Shown here: in pieces, positions 1-11,905 of the stretch | How the letters are laid out: each line of letters begins with the position of its first letter | Position numbering within the stretch: position 1 is the first letter of the stretch | From: Rhina ancylostomus | Lineage: Eukaryota | Direction of reading: 5' to 3' | Length of the DNA stretch: 64,000 nucleotides | NCBI GenBank assembly: GCA_030265395.1 | Contig: JARFYF010000017.1 | Span: 26,821,593 to 26,885,592 of the forward strand | The notes under the pieces: generated by a model | The model's database searches: none | What the model was told of the DNA's origin: nothing | The model's input: the letters and a program-made list of their open reading frames with translations, nothing else | Program-made: the position numbers and the translations under genes

Positions 1-1331
1 ATTCCCCAGAATCCTTAGATTTGCATTCAATTACGAATTATTACCTGCTTCCTCTCCATGATTTTCTCTTCGGCATCCCTACTTGTGATTCTGTGGTCTT
101 CTTGTTGATTTGTCTTCCTTGGCCCTCTTCCACTCTCCACCTTACTCACTCTTGAATTGCTCCCCATTTATCTTCCCAGCTCCAATCTCATCCATAATCT
201 CTGGTTATCTCTTTCTTTCTCTAACCACTCTCAACAAATCATCCCTGCCATTATCTCAGAACATTTGTCACTCTGATTTCCTTCCTAACTCACTGATCTT
301 CTCCCTGTCACACTCTGATCTTGCCTGGACCCTATGACCCCAGGTCCCCAAACATCTCTCTGGCGTATGTTGATTCTCCCAATTTCCCAACCTCACAATC
401 TCCCAACCCCACTGCATTCTTTTCCCCAATGAATAATAGCACATCCCTCCACCAGGCTTCCACCAACCATCTTCTCTGCCATAATGGAAGCGGGGAAATG
501 ACCTGGTGTAGGAATGCACACAAGGCCAGGCTTTACTATTACGAATGTGCTTATACTTTGTTTGCACCCTGTAGAACCTGGCTCCATTTTGAACTCACTG
601 AAGCCTGGGCCCATTGCTGCAACATTACAGAAGTGAAAGCAGTGTTGAAGGATTTCTTGGACAATATAGTTTAAAATATCTCTCTGCGGACATTATATTC
701 CACACAATTAATGTTAGCTTCTTCAGGCCAGAGATTTGACTATGCAATTTTGACAGTACACTATTAGAAGCTCACATTTACCTTATGCAATCAACTGTTA
801 ACATTTTTGGGGTTTCTTACAGCAGCTTATGAAGAACAGCTACATCACTAGAAGCAACTTTGAGATTTCTGTGTTAAACTAAGCTAGTAAATTTTGCTGT
901 CAATTTCTTGCTGTAATAATGGTAATCATTGACAGTTTCACCTACATTGCAACTGAAAAATCCTTGCCAAGATCTTCAGAGAGCTTTGCTTCTGAGGACA
1001 GGGAGGTTTCCCATTGTTTAAAACATGTAAGACTAGCTGCTATACCCAGCATTGCTTCAGTTATTATGCTGGCAGTCATGACGTTTGCATTTATTTCCAT
1101 GCCATCAGGTTTTCTACCACTTCTTGTAAATGAAATGAAATCTTAACTTAAATATATAATTACTCTATGAATGATATAATTTGGGGGGCGGCAGTTAAGA
1201 TTATGTAGTTTAACTAAAGTGACCAATAAAAACATATGCACTGAAGATAAATATGTATGCACAAATTACCTGTAATGTTATTCTCTTTAAGTAGGTATGT
1301 ACCTACGCACAATGTGTAAATTTACTTGATG

Positions 1332-2770
1332 TCAATGTTGAAGTGCTTCAGAATGCACTGTATTTCTTTCTTCTGAATCTGGTGTTAAAATGTATAGATT
1401 ATTTTTACCTCCAACTCTGGAGCAATCAACACATAGTTGAATATGGGAAAAGCATTGAGTTTCGAGATTAAGACCAACAACTTTTAGTGATTGTCCTCGA
1501 GGCTTGTTAATGTTCATAATAAAACTACTTTGAACAGGGGACTGAAGCCACTTGAATTGAGGAGGTCAATCAGATAGGATAATTGGTATCTCAGAGATGA
1601 AGACTATTTTCCTCAACAGCATTACAGTCACGATTGTATCTTCAGTTACATGTGGTAGTAATTTTGAACTGATATTCTTGGGCCATTTCACAGTATTGGT
1701 AGATTCAAATTCCCGAGTAACACAATTGGAGCTCCTTCTTTAGTTAAAGACAATGTGATGGCACAGCAGATGGTAGTGGAGACTTTAAAAATTCAACAGG
1801 CCAATATAAAGCCTCATCAATTTCTATCACACTGCCAATAGATTTATATTGTACAGTTTGTCTGAGAAACTTCTAAATAAGATCTTTATTCATGGTCTGC
1901 ACTGCGTCAATTTTTGGTGCTAACATTGCTCTTTCACTTAACCATTGGTAATTCAAATAGTGCTGAGTGATATTTGGCAAAACAACTTGCATCGGATCAT
2001 GAAGTGCTATAACATTTCAGCCTAAGCTTTTCATCAACATCATTCCAATTGAGTCTTCCTGTTTAATTTCCCCAGTTCTTTAATTTGAGTAAATACAAAG
2101 CAAACTCTTTCAGATGAATTTTCTGTTAAATGTGCTTGAAATTGTTTTTCAAGTGTAATTGTTTAACATTTTCTCAAATATATGATGCTTTAATAAAGGC
2201 TTTCAATTCATCTGCTTTAGTACTTTGTGGAATTACTGGTAGCATTTGACAAAAATTTCCAACATGCACTAAAGTAACACCTCCCATTACTTTATTATTG
2301 TGTCTAAGATCATGCAATGTTTGATCTAATGCTTTGGTGGCTGCTTTGTGAGCCATTTTATATTCATTCCAGATAATAAGTTTACAATCTGTTGGAATTA
2401 TTTTTTCCCTCACAGTTCCTCGACCAATGTTACATGTTGGATTCTCCACATATGNNNNNNNNNNNNNNNNNNNNNNNNNNNNNNNNNNNNNNNNNNNNNN
2501 NNNNNNNNNNNNNNNNNNNNNNNNNNNNNNNNNNNNNNNNNNNNNNNNNNNNNNGATTCTCCACATATGTCAAATTTAAAGGGAGTTTAAAAACCCAATG
2601 TACAGGTTCCTCCCTATCAAAAGTTAGAGCAGTTCCTGATGATGCCTTGGGCAGGGTAAACATGTTTTGTCTTTGAATTTTAGCCAGAGGTAGATTAATA
2701 AGGAAGTTTATCCCATTCCATCAGAAGCATCCAAAAACACATGGTTCCCTGTCATTGTAAATAGTTCTTT
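1332..2770 (-). pseudogene. Helitron PIF1-family (SF1B) helicase, frameshifted
   Basis: Ordered decayed motifs: FLDASDGMG (Walker A), ASSGTALT...HWVFKLPLNL, CKLIIWNEYKMAHK (Walker B), MGGVTLVHVGNFCQMLPVIP, and C-terminal MNINKPRGQSLKVVGLNLETQCFSHIQLCVDCSRV...NTVHSEAL. Confidence 0.9.
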
Positions 2771-2914
2771 GGTTTCTCACTAAACTTGGTTCTTTCTCTT
2801 GGATATGTTCATCTAACTGGTTTGAATCAAAGCTGGTCTTCCCAAGAAACTTATGATTCAGGTGACCAAAAGTCCACCCAAATATTTAGTAACTCACAAA
2901 TAGATCTGAAAAAA

Positions 2915-3390
2915 TCTAATCAATTTTCAATGGGGATAGTTTGGATCTTGGAGGGCCCCCTCTGGGGATTTTTGAAAAACTAAGAGTGCAGTGCACATCC
3001 TAATGCTCAGCCTAACTTACATGCAAAATTTCAGATTTCTAGGTAGTATCATTACTGAGCAATGTGTGGGACACATATTATTCTTATGATGCTTTGCAAT
3101 ATTCCATACTTTTTCAGCAAGGCTATAATGGATGTAATTTTGAATTGAGAAAAGTAAATCCACTTTCAAAACAACCAACTCAGAAGAAAATATCTGCAAC
3201 ATCCCTCAAAATAGTTCTGTAAAAATCACCATAATTTTCAATGGGGATAATTAAAATTGTCCTCCATTTGCCCCATGGATGGCTTCCTATAGGGGTCTCA
3301 GAAAAACTAAGAATGTAGTGCAGGTCTTTATGATAAACCTAACTTACATGCAAAATTTCAGAGTTCTAGGTTGTTTCCTTCCTGAGCTAT
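2915..3390. repeat. Diverged direct duplication in the Helitron 5' region
   Basis: The block aattttcaatggggata...gaaaaactaaga.tg.agtgca...cctaacttacatgcaaaatttcaga.ttctaggt occurs at ~2920-3050 and ~3233-3375. Confidence 0.8.
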
Positions 3391-5019
3391 GCATAGGTCA
3401 CACAGACATTTTATTTTATTATATATCTTTAGATTACTGTAATATATACTGGAAGTAAAAAATCAGAAGCTCATAACTTAGTCATTTCCTTGACTCAGAT
3501 GTGTGGATGGGGATGTGTTTATATACAGTCTTGTTCATTTATATTTGTGGGTGTGTTCTGGAAGGAAGAGATGAAAACAAAAGAGTCTCTTTGATATTCG
3601 GTTTCTATTCCCACAGGCCCATCACAATGTATTTTTCTATTTGGTGTAGCTTTACATATGACTGTTTCATGGAGGACTGGGCATTTTCCCAATGTATTTG
3701 TTTATAAGAACAGCCACTTCATTCCTAAGTGGCATGTCTTTAGCAGGTCTGTGCACATTGAAACTGATAAGTAATACATCAACGGATCAGTGTTAGTGCA
3801 GCTTTGTGACTTTGTGCTGAGAGTTCATCCATGGAGCAGATTCAGTCTTTGAAAAGATTACTGCAATTAGTAAAATGTGGAACATTTGAAAGGAAGTTAT
3901 TTCGGTGAATTTTCAATGTCATTGACTGTTGCTTGGTAGTAACTTTATTATATTAAAATACTATTCAAGAAACATTTATGTTTTAACCCTTAATTCTTTA
4001 TCTGATCTAAAGCCCACAAATGTTACCTGTGTAGTCAATAGTAATATTTCTTTGGCTAAAGCCTATTATCAAACTCATCAAGTTCCGATATTGACAATAA
4101 TCATTATTATTGTCCTCCTAGATTGAAACGTTAAGGCTTTGAAATTGCATTGTGGGCAGTAATATCCAAATATTTAATGCATCCATCTGAAAGTTCTCCC
4201 TCTGGTATTGCAGTGGAGGTTTCACCCACTTATTTTAAGCAGGTTAATGTACTTGACTTGTGAGTTGTCACCTGTCAAAAATTAACTTTTCACAGTTAGC
4301 AACGAGAATCATTACAGTTCACTAATTGCCGTTCTGACAATAGGTAGGGCAATTTCTTTTGAATGTTAAGCAGTTCACAATATAGTGTCTGCTAAAATGG
4401 ACAGGAATTTTCCCATTTTCAAGAATGTTAAATCCATGAGTACAATGAAATAAATATTGATTTCAGTTCATGGAACACAATGTAAATTGCTGCCCTTTGG
4501 GTTACATAAGTGACTTTCCCAGTTGCATATGTAACCTTGGGTCAATAGTTTAATGTTATAGCCCTCAGTCGCAGTCAATATTTGTCCTTTGCGATATGAG
4601 AAACCAATGATCACTCTTCTGACATCACTCTGAGAGCAATATTTTATTCAATGAGCTGAAAGAGCTGGGTGAATTCTGGGAAATTACGTAAATTGTGCCT
4701 ACAGGAAGGTCAATTAACTACCTTTGCACTAAATATGAAATATTTTTATCACCATGGAACACCTCATGAATATGTTGGGATGAATAATAAAACAGTTTAC
4801 ACTATGAACTACCAGAACATTAATTTTACATTTTTATGGAATTCACTATATTCACCACACAGTGTCTTTGTGTAATTGCATTGTAAAGAAAAAACTGAGG
4901 ATACATAGAATTCTGCCCTGTTCATAATAATGATTTAATATGGGAGGTACTCTCATTCATAAGGTAGAAGATTACCTGCACAGCAAAAAAAGCTAATAGC
5001 GAATAGTTAGGAGTCATCG

Positions 5020-5330
5020 AGTGATAGATACAATATGGAAACAGGTCCTTCTATCCAGTGAGTGTGCATTGACCATCAAGCAGCTATTTTGTTCTCCCCA
5101 TATCTCCAACAATTATCTTGCCCCCCCATCCCAAATTCGACCACTCACCTATGCACCAGGGGCAATTTATAGTGGCCAATAAACCTACCAAACCATATGT
5201 TTTTAAAATGTGAGGCGAACTTGGAGCATCCAGAGGAAACGTGTGGTTATAGGGAGAACGTGAAAACTCCACATAGACAGCACCAGAAGTCAGGAATGAC
5301 CAATGGACTCTGGAGCTGTGAGGCAAGGGA
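5020..5330 (-). mobile_element. HE1/V-SINE-type tRNA-derived SINE
   Basis: gcaccaggggcaatttatagtggccaat...ggagcatccagaggaaac...gggagaacgtgaaaactccacatagacagcacc...ctggagctgtgaggca matches the reverse of the elasmobranch V-SINE core. Confidence 0.85.
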
Positions 5331-5569
5331 TCAGAGAACTTCCTTGACTTCTTTGAAGGCATTACACCTCTTTACTTTAGTCATTTAATCTGTATTTATA
5401 AACTCAGTAAGATTGGGATAAGCCCCATGAGAATATTTTTAAGTAATTTAAAATTCTGGTTAGGTTATAGAGTAAGATGGAAAAAAGGCCTAAAATAATT
5501 AGAAGCAGAATAAAAACAGAATGGTCTATGTAATGAGTGTACTCATTATGTTGACTTTTGTCTCATTTA

Positions 5570-6200
5570 CGTAAATGACCTGGATACTGAAAATCAGATG
5601 AAAATTTGTCAAGTATGTTGATAAAACTAAATTAGAGATGGGAAGGAGGGGCAAAAACCCAGCATTAGATATATTATGCAATTGGTCATACTAGCAAATT
5701 AAAATTTAGTACCAGTTAATGTTAAGCAATGCACCGCAGTGAGAAAAGTACAATAAATGAAAGTAGCTTGATAGAGGCTATAATACCCAGGCAAAATGGT
5801 GAAGAATTTGAATGCTGGGAGAAACACAGAACAATTGAATGCATTCACCAAGGTTTATATCAAAGCTTTGCACTATGCTAATCAGAGATGATATAGATGA
5901 CCCTGACCACAACACTAAGTGGGGGAAAAACAGATACTGTAAAGAAGCTGCAAAAAAGAACAAAAAGATTAAACTCATGTGTAATGTATGTGAATTATGG
6001 GAAAAGATTATAGTGGTAGAATATACAAAGTTTTGAATGAAACTGACTAAGGAAGCACCCCATCAAATAGAGAACATACAGAGATAACGGGAAATCAGAA
6101 TATTTGTCAAAATTACCCAGGAAAGTAGATATAGGAAAAATAAATTACTCAATTTACTGAAAACTAATTTTAAGCAGAAATTAGGAAGAACTCCTTTAAT
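5570..6200 (+). mobile_element. Highly decayed CR1 LINE RT fragment
   Basis: gtaaatgacctggat...gttgataaaactaaattag corresponds to INDLD...FADDTKL; further CR1-like blocks follow downstream. Confidence 0.55.
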
Positions 6201-7299
6201 TAAGTGTGTTATTTCCTCTGAGCACTATTTTTAGTGTGCCTGTTAACATGTTTGCATAAATTCCTGTCTATTTAAATGCAGTCATTACCCTGTTAAAGTA
6301 AATAGATTAACAACTATGCTAAAATTGAACAGACTGGGATTTACACAAATGTGTTAATGGTTGAGCTAAAAATAGCATAACAACAAAAAAATAAACCCAA
6401 TAGACTTCAAAATATCTGGAGAAACAATCTAAGATCTTTTAAGTACACTTGAACAAGATACTGGTGAGCTGAACTGTGAATGGCCAAAATACTTTTCTTC
6501 ACCACCTTTGACTTTTCCTATAACCATCTTTAGTGTCACAGTTGTGATAATTTCTATTGCAACCACCCTTTACAAATTGTTTCTGCAATTCCTACTTATT
6601 TGCTGCTTTATACAATTCCAGATTAACGATCCACTCTATTTAGGTGTCAGAGACTTTGTTTTGATCTCACTTGCTTTCAGTGGGGCCACTGCAGGAACAT
6701 CCATGTAACTGTCCTCGGAGCCCTTCTGACTGTTGACCTAACTATTGTCAATCTCTGGGTAAATCAAAACTACCGTGTTTATCTTTGGAAGGATCTGTGG
6801 CTGCCTTGGATGAATATGAAAAGAAGAATGGGCTTTACCACAGAATATTTGAAAGACGTACCCACAGTCCAACACTCTCATAAAATTTGACAGGGTTGGT
6901 TTCAAAGGGTCATGGGACACATGATTTTGAGAGTCTCTTCAGTGGAGGCACAAGATCCTAGAAATCAGATTTCATTCTTTTTTGGTATACTGAATTGGCG
7001 CTGTGTATAGTGCTAATTGCATCTCCTGCAAAACAAAAATCAATGAATTGTCTAAAAGCACACTGGAAACAGGGTTAGTGTGATTTCATGCATTTAAGTG
7101 GGACCTACGTGGTTCTCAATGGAACCATGTTCAACTGAATGCAGCTTCCTGCAATCAAACAATCCTAGAAGAGTATCAGCACTTAAAGACACACTCTCCA
7201 TGGCAACTAACAGTAGCAGCACCCATTATGGCTGCCACAAAGGAGTGACAACATGCACAGGAGTGGGATATGGAAGTCTATATTTAAGCCAGGGGTTTG

Positions 7300-8120
7300 G
7301 GGTGTCATGGTTCTGAGTTCTGGCCCTCATTTGGCTCCATTAATGCCTTGTTGTCCAGCACATGGATTCCATNNNNNNNNNNNNNNNNNNNNNNNNNNNN
7401 NNNNNNNNNNNNNNNNNNNNNNNNNNNNNNNNNNNNNNNNNNNNNNNNNNNNNNNNNNNNNNNNNNNNNNNNCTGACTCCAGTCTTGTATCAGTGCGCCA
7501 CATTTGGGTTCTCCGTGAGTTTGCCCTCGATCAACATTGTGACATGGGGCTTTATGTATCAACTGAATCAGGAGACTAAGCAGGGCTGCCATAGGAAGTT
7601 CCTGTCAGAAGGTGGCTCTAGCTGTCTACACCAGGTGTGTGAATTCCCTCACACTTGAGCAATGCAGGAGTTAATTTCATGTCCTCTCAGGATGTGTCAG
7701 GTTGTGCAATTGTTCCAGTGAGCCATTTCAGCAATTGGATCAGGGATTCATTCATGTGCTAGATTAGTGCAGGTTGTCTTGCAAAGGAGGATGTAAGGGA
7801 TTAACATTTGTCACCTGGTCTCTCTCAGCTGAAATCTATCAAATTATGTTGGTGCTATGGTTTGGAATGTGGAAACAATCTGTACCTTCTTGTGAAAATC
7901 GTTGCTCAATGAAAGAATTATTTTAAATCTGTGAAGTCACTGCTTCCTTCCTGTGCTCTTCTGGGAGATGTGGTTGCTGATGTTCTTCTGTGACTTTCCC
8001 TGTGGCCTTCCTTGTGCTTCTAGTCCCCTTGCTCCTGCTCCTCTTCAGCTTTCCCCTCATGTTCCTCAGGTTCCAGACCACAGGCTGATCATCCTCCATC
8101 ACTGGTTGGGCTCTGTTTAG
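7300..8120 (-). mobile_element. Harbinger (HARBI1-like) transposase remnant
   Basis: Minus-strand decayed motifs HWNNC...HILR (cf. PGxxHDxxILR) and DRNFLWQPCL (cf. GDxGYPLxPWL). A possible Myb/SANT remnant lies on + at ~6780-6980. Confidence 0.45.
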
Positions 8121-9149
8121 CCAGAAGGTTCAGCATGCAGTAAGTCAGAATGAAATATCTGGGTGTAAGGTGTAGGTTCCCCTTGGAATGCTGCAGACAA
8201 CAGAACCACATTTTCAGATGTATTACAGCGAAAAATGCCATTGTTCAAGTATTCACACGGCAGTAGTGTTTAGTCACCTTGATTCGCCAGAGACCCAGGC
8301 AGAATATAGTGTTTCTGAAGACTTTCTAGAAGTTGGTTTTCAACTGATGAGCATTTTGCCTCCTGTCCTGAGGTCCCCATCCCATCCTGACTGGCCAATT
8401 ACAGCCATGGTAATGCTTCCAGTAACAAAGTCACAACAGTCATGTCACTGTGAGACACCTCTTGTAGGAGTACCTCAGCAACTAAATGGTGAAAAAATAC
8501 TCTGTTAACTGTACAACTCTGTGGGTTTTGGAAGGTGTTTGAGCAGCATACTATTTCTTTTCCAGCATCAAAGGCAGGACTTATTTCTCATTCCTGATTG
8601 TTCTTGAGAAGCTGCCCAGTTAGGTTTTTTGATATCCCTTTAAATAATGATGAATGTAGCAAAATAATGCAATATTGTGAATGTTCAACAACAGTCATAT
8701 GTTGCGCTCAGAATCTTCAGTTTATGCCAGCAAGTGAAGAAATCAACACTGCTTGAATAGTGAGGTACATGCATGATACTGGAAAATGCATTGTGCATAT
8801 AAATTTTACACCGGGCGTAATTTTACTTGTAAATGATTGCTTGTGCTATCAGCTCTGAAATTACTTAATTTATGCATAATGTACTTTAAAAAAGTACACT
8901 AATCAATTCAATTTTTAAGCTTTTGTCCAAATGCATCTTTTTGTCATTGTGATTTTTAGATTTCATGGGAATTTTAGGCTTGGAGATTAGTTTTTTGAAT
9001 TTTCACTCATTCTCCAATAATAAGTCCTTGCACTTCATTATGGAAACCATTCTTGTTTTTTTTGTCTCTTTTCCTTCCAGGCTGCTTCAGGGGACATACC
9101 TTTTATAATCCCAGTTTGCATTAAGCTTTAAACCTCTCTTTTGCAAAGC

Positions 9150-9610
9150 AAACTAATACATCAAATAAATCTCTTTCCAACAGTCAAGATGAAAAGACCC
9201 TCAGATTTGCAGCAGTGGCTGGTTTTCCTTGTACCCAGGGAGTTATAGCCTGCATGCATGCAGTCATCAAGGCACCAGAAGACCAGTCAGCAGCTTTCGT
9301 CAACAGGAAGGTCTACCACTCCATTAATCTTCTGCTGGTTTATGAATATCAGAAAGGATCACGTAAATCTGTGCCACTTTAGCATGCATCTGTCACACTC
9401 AGCCACTCCCATATTATTCTGCATTTCCAGGTTTCTTGGAAGATTGCTATCCTGAACATGGCTTTTGACACCACTCCACAATGCCATTCTTCACTGTCAG
9501 GACTGTGGACCAGTGGTGAAACAAGTTCAATGACCTCAGCAGGGCAGACAAGACAAGACACTAGACATACTTCCATCTCATCTTTTAATCTCTGTGCTGC
9601 AGAAACTCTT
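9150..9610 (+). mobile_element. Harbinger (HARBI1-like) transposase remnant
   Basis: QDEKTLRFAAVAGFPCTQGVIACMHAVIKAPEDQSAAFVNRKVYHSINLLLV (cf. GFPxVxGxIDCTHI...FxNRKGxHSxN), with TWLLTP later. Confidence 0.85.
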
Positions 9611-10099
9611 CACCCTTTATATCAGCATGTGCTCAATTCTTATTGTTTAAAAGAAAGATGTTTTCACCACTAAAGAGGAAATCAGGCTTCTCAAATGTAG
9701 TTTTAACAATAAAAAGCTTCAGTTGCAGATGAGTATGATTGGGAACAGAAAGAAGGATGGAACAGTAAAAATAATTAAGCCGTTCAAAGGTAACATGAAG
9801 ATGTCCAAAAATGGAAAAAATTATGATTTTGTTTGTTGCATTATTGGGTATAGATATAAAGATATATTTCAGTCATTGTATGGAAACTAATCAAGAAGAT
9901 ACAATGTGGAGAAGGTGTAGAACTATGAGCAGCCTTTAGACATAGGAACAAAAGAGTCATTCTAGGAAATGACACCAGTGACATTTGTTTGGACACATTC
10001 TAAGGCATACCTTCTAAGTATATAACTATAAATATATTTGTACAGTTGTGGTATCAATAAGATGTAATCCAAGCTAATCATGTTAGGTTGGATTCCCTA

Positions 10100-10530
10100 A
10101 ACACGCTTAGAGCACTGTTCAGTTCTGGTCACTGCATTATAGGAAGGATTTGGAGGCATTGGAGAGGGTGCAGAGGAGATTTACCAGGATGTTGCCTGGA
10201 TTAGAGTGTATGGAATGAGGAGAGGCTGAAAATGCTGGGGCTTTACTCATTGGAGAGGAGGAGGATGAGGGGAGACATGATAGAGGTGTATAAAATATTG
10301 AGAANNNNNNNNNNNNNNNNNNNNNNNNNNNNNNNNNNNNNNNNNNNNNNNNNNNNNNNNNNNNNNNNNNNNNNNNNNNNNNNNNNNNNNNNNNNNNNNN
10401 NNNNTGTGGGATGGAGGGATATGTGGGAGGAAGGGGTTAGATAGTGTTAGGTGTGGTTTGATGGACAGCACAACATGGTGGGCCGAAGGGCTCATATTGT
10501 GTTGTATTGTTCTGTTCTCTGTTCTATTCA
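10100..10530 (+). mobile_element. CR1 LINE 3' fragment
   Basis: Contains ALERVQRRFTRMLPG and LGLYSLERRRMRGDMIEVYKI, then a 3' tail gggccgaagggc...tgttctgttctctgttcta. Confidence 0.92.
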
Positions 10531-10794
10531 TTTTTAAGCCTAAATCATTTCTAAGTGTTGAATTGGTGCAAATGCACTAGTCAAGTGTAAATAATGCTGA
10601 GTTCAATATTATTCATTTGGTGTAATCCCAGATGGATCCAGGAGAAAGCTGAGCACTGGGGGAAGAGAGCAGAGTGTGTCATGTTTCAAGGGAGAAAAAC
10701 AACAACAAGACAAATGTCCTGAACATTTTCAAACAGCCTCTAGCAAACTTTGCAACAATTGAAGAGTTACAGCTTAAGAAGTTACAGGCAAATA

Positions 10795-11347
10795 TCTTTT
10801 GGAATATTGTGAACAATTTTGGGCCTGTATCTAAGGAAAGATGTGCTGACCCTGGAGAGGATCCAGAGGAGGTTCACAAGAATGATCCCAGGAATGAAAG
10901 GCTTAATGTATGATGAGCATTTGATGCCTCTGGGCCTGTGCTCAATGGACATCAGAAGGATGAGGGGGGGATCTCATTGAAACCTACCGAGTACGGAAAG
11001 GCCAAAGTAGAATAGATGTGGAGAAGATGTTTCCCTTAGTTGGGGAGTCGAGGATCCGAGGGTACAGCCTCAGAATAAAGGGACAACCCTCTAAAACTGA
11101 GGAGAGGATGAATTTCTTCAGCTAGAGGGTGGAGAATTATGGAATCTGTTGCCACAGGACTGTGGAGGCCAAGTCATTGGCTATATTTAAGGCAGAGATT
11201 GATAGGTTCTTGATTAACAAAGGGGTTAAAGGTTACAGGGAGAAGGCAGGAAAATAAGGTTGAAAAATAATCAGCCTTGATTGAATGGCAGAGCAGACCT
11301 GAAGGGCTGAATGGCCTAATTCTGCTCCTATATCTTATGGTCTTATC
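10795..11347 (+). mobile_element. CR1 LINE 3' fragment (second subfamily)
   Basis: ctggagaggatccagaggaggttcacaagaatgatcccagg through the tail gaatggcctaattctgctcctatatcttatggtcttat. Confidence 0.92.
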
Positions 11348-11684
11348 AAGGGAAATATGAATTAGATATGAAGTCGCAAATAAGTCTGGGAGTGGCTTTG
11401 TATTTGAAACTTAATTGATATTCAGTGAAGTTAAGGTGTTGTTACCTGAGGTGTTGTGACGAGTCAGTTCTTTGTGCCTTTTACCATACCTTCAGCACTG
11501 CAGCACACCTAGGAAGCAAGTTGCCAGCTGTAGCTGAACAGTAGTGTATGTGTGTATGTCATTCCTGTGTTACAAGAGTTCCTGTGGATTCAGACTCTGA
11601 GAAGACAGGTTTCCATAGTGATTGGCAGGTAACCATGTTAAAGCCTTTAGCAAGATTAAGAATATTAATCACTGTTCAGAATAC

Positions 11685-11905
11685 TAGTGCTGATGCCAAG
11701 GCCACCATTTACTGCTGATCTTGAACTGTTCCCAACAAGGTGTTGGTCAGCCTTCTTGAACCTCAACAATCCTTCTGGTGAAATTACCTCCATGCCTTTA
11801 GCTGGGAGTTCCAGAATTTAGATCCTGTGATGATAAAAGAATAATGATGTTATCCAAGTCAGAATAGTGTGAAGAGATGGACCTGTAGGCAGTGATGTTC
11901 CCATC
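11685..11905 (-). mobile_element. 3' fragment of a CR1/L2-group (Zenon/Crack-like) LINE
   Basis: gccaaggccaccattt...ccttcttgaac...gggagttccagaatttagatcc...tccaagtcagaat; same family as 14545, 45765 and 59580. Confidence 0.65.

Larger units (their letters stand above)
1033..3433 (-). mobile_element. Helitron (rolling-circle transposon), internally deleted, both termini present
   Basis: Minus strand begins A|TCTAAAGATATATAATAAAATAAAATGTCTGTG (5' TC at 3433) and ends ACTGAAGCAATGCTGGGTATAGCAG-CTAG|T (CTAG at 1033-1036, decayed subterminal hairpin). It sits between A and T with no TSD and encloses a PIF1 helicase remnant. Confidence 0.85.

Noticed and set aside
1332-2770. Host PIF1 helicase gene
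   Set aside because: Intronless, frameshifted and enclosed by Helitron termini.
9150-9610. Domesticated HARBI1 gene
   Set aside because: Contains stops and frameshifts, the catalytic Asp of IDCTH is lost, and several similar decayed copies are nearby.
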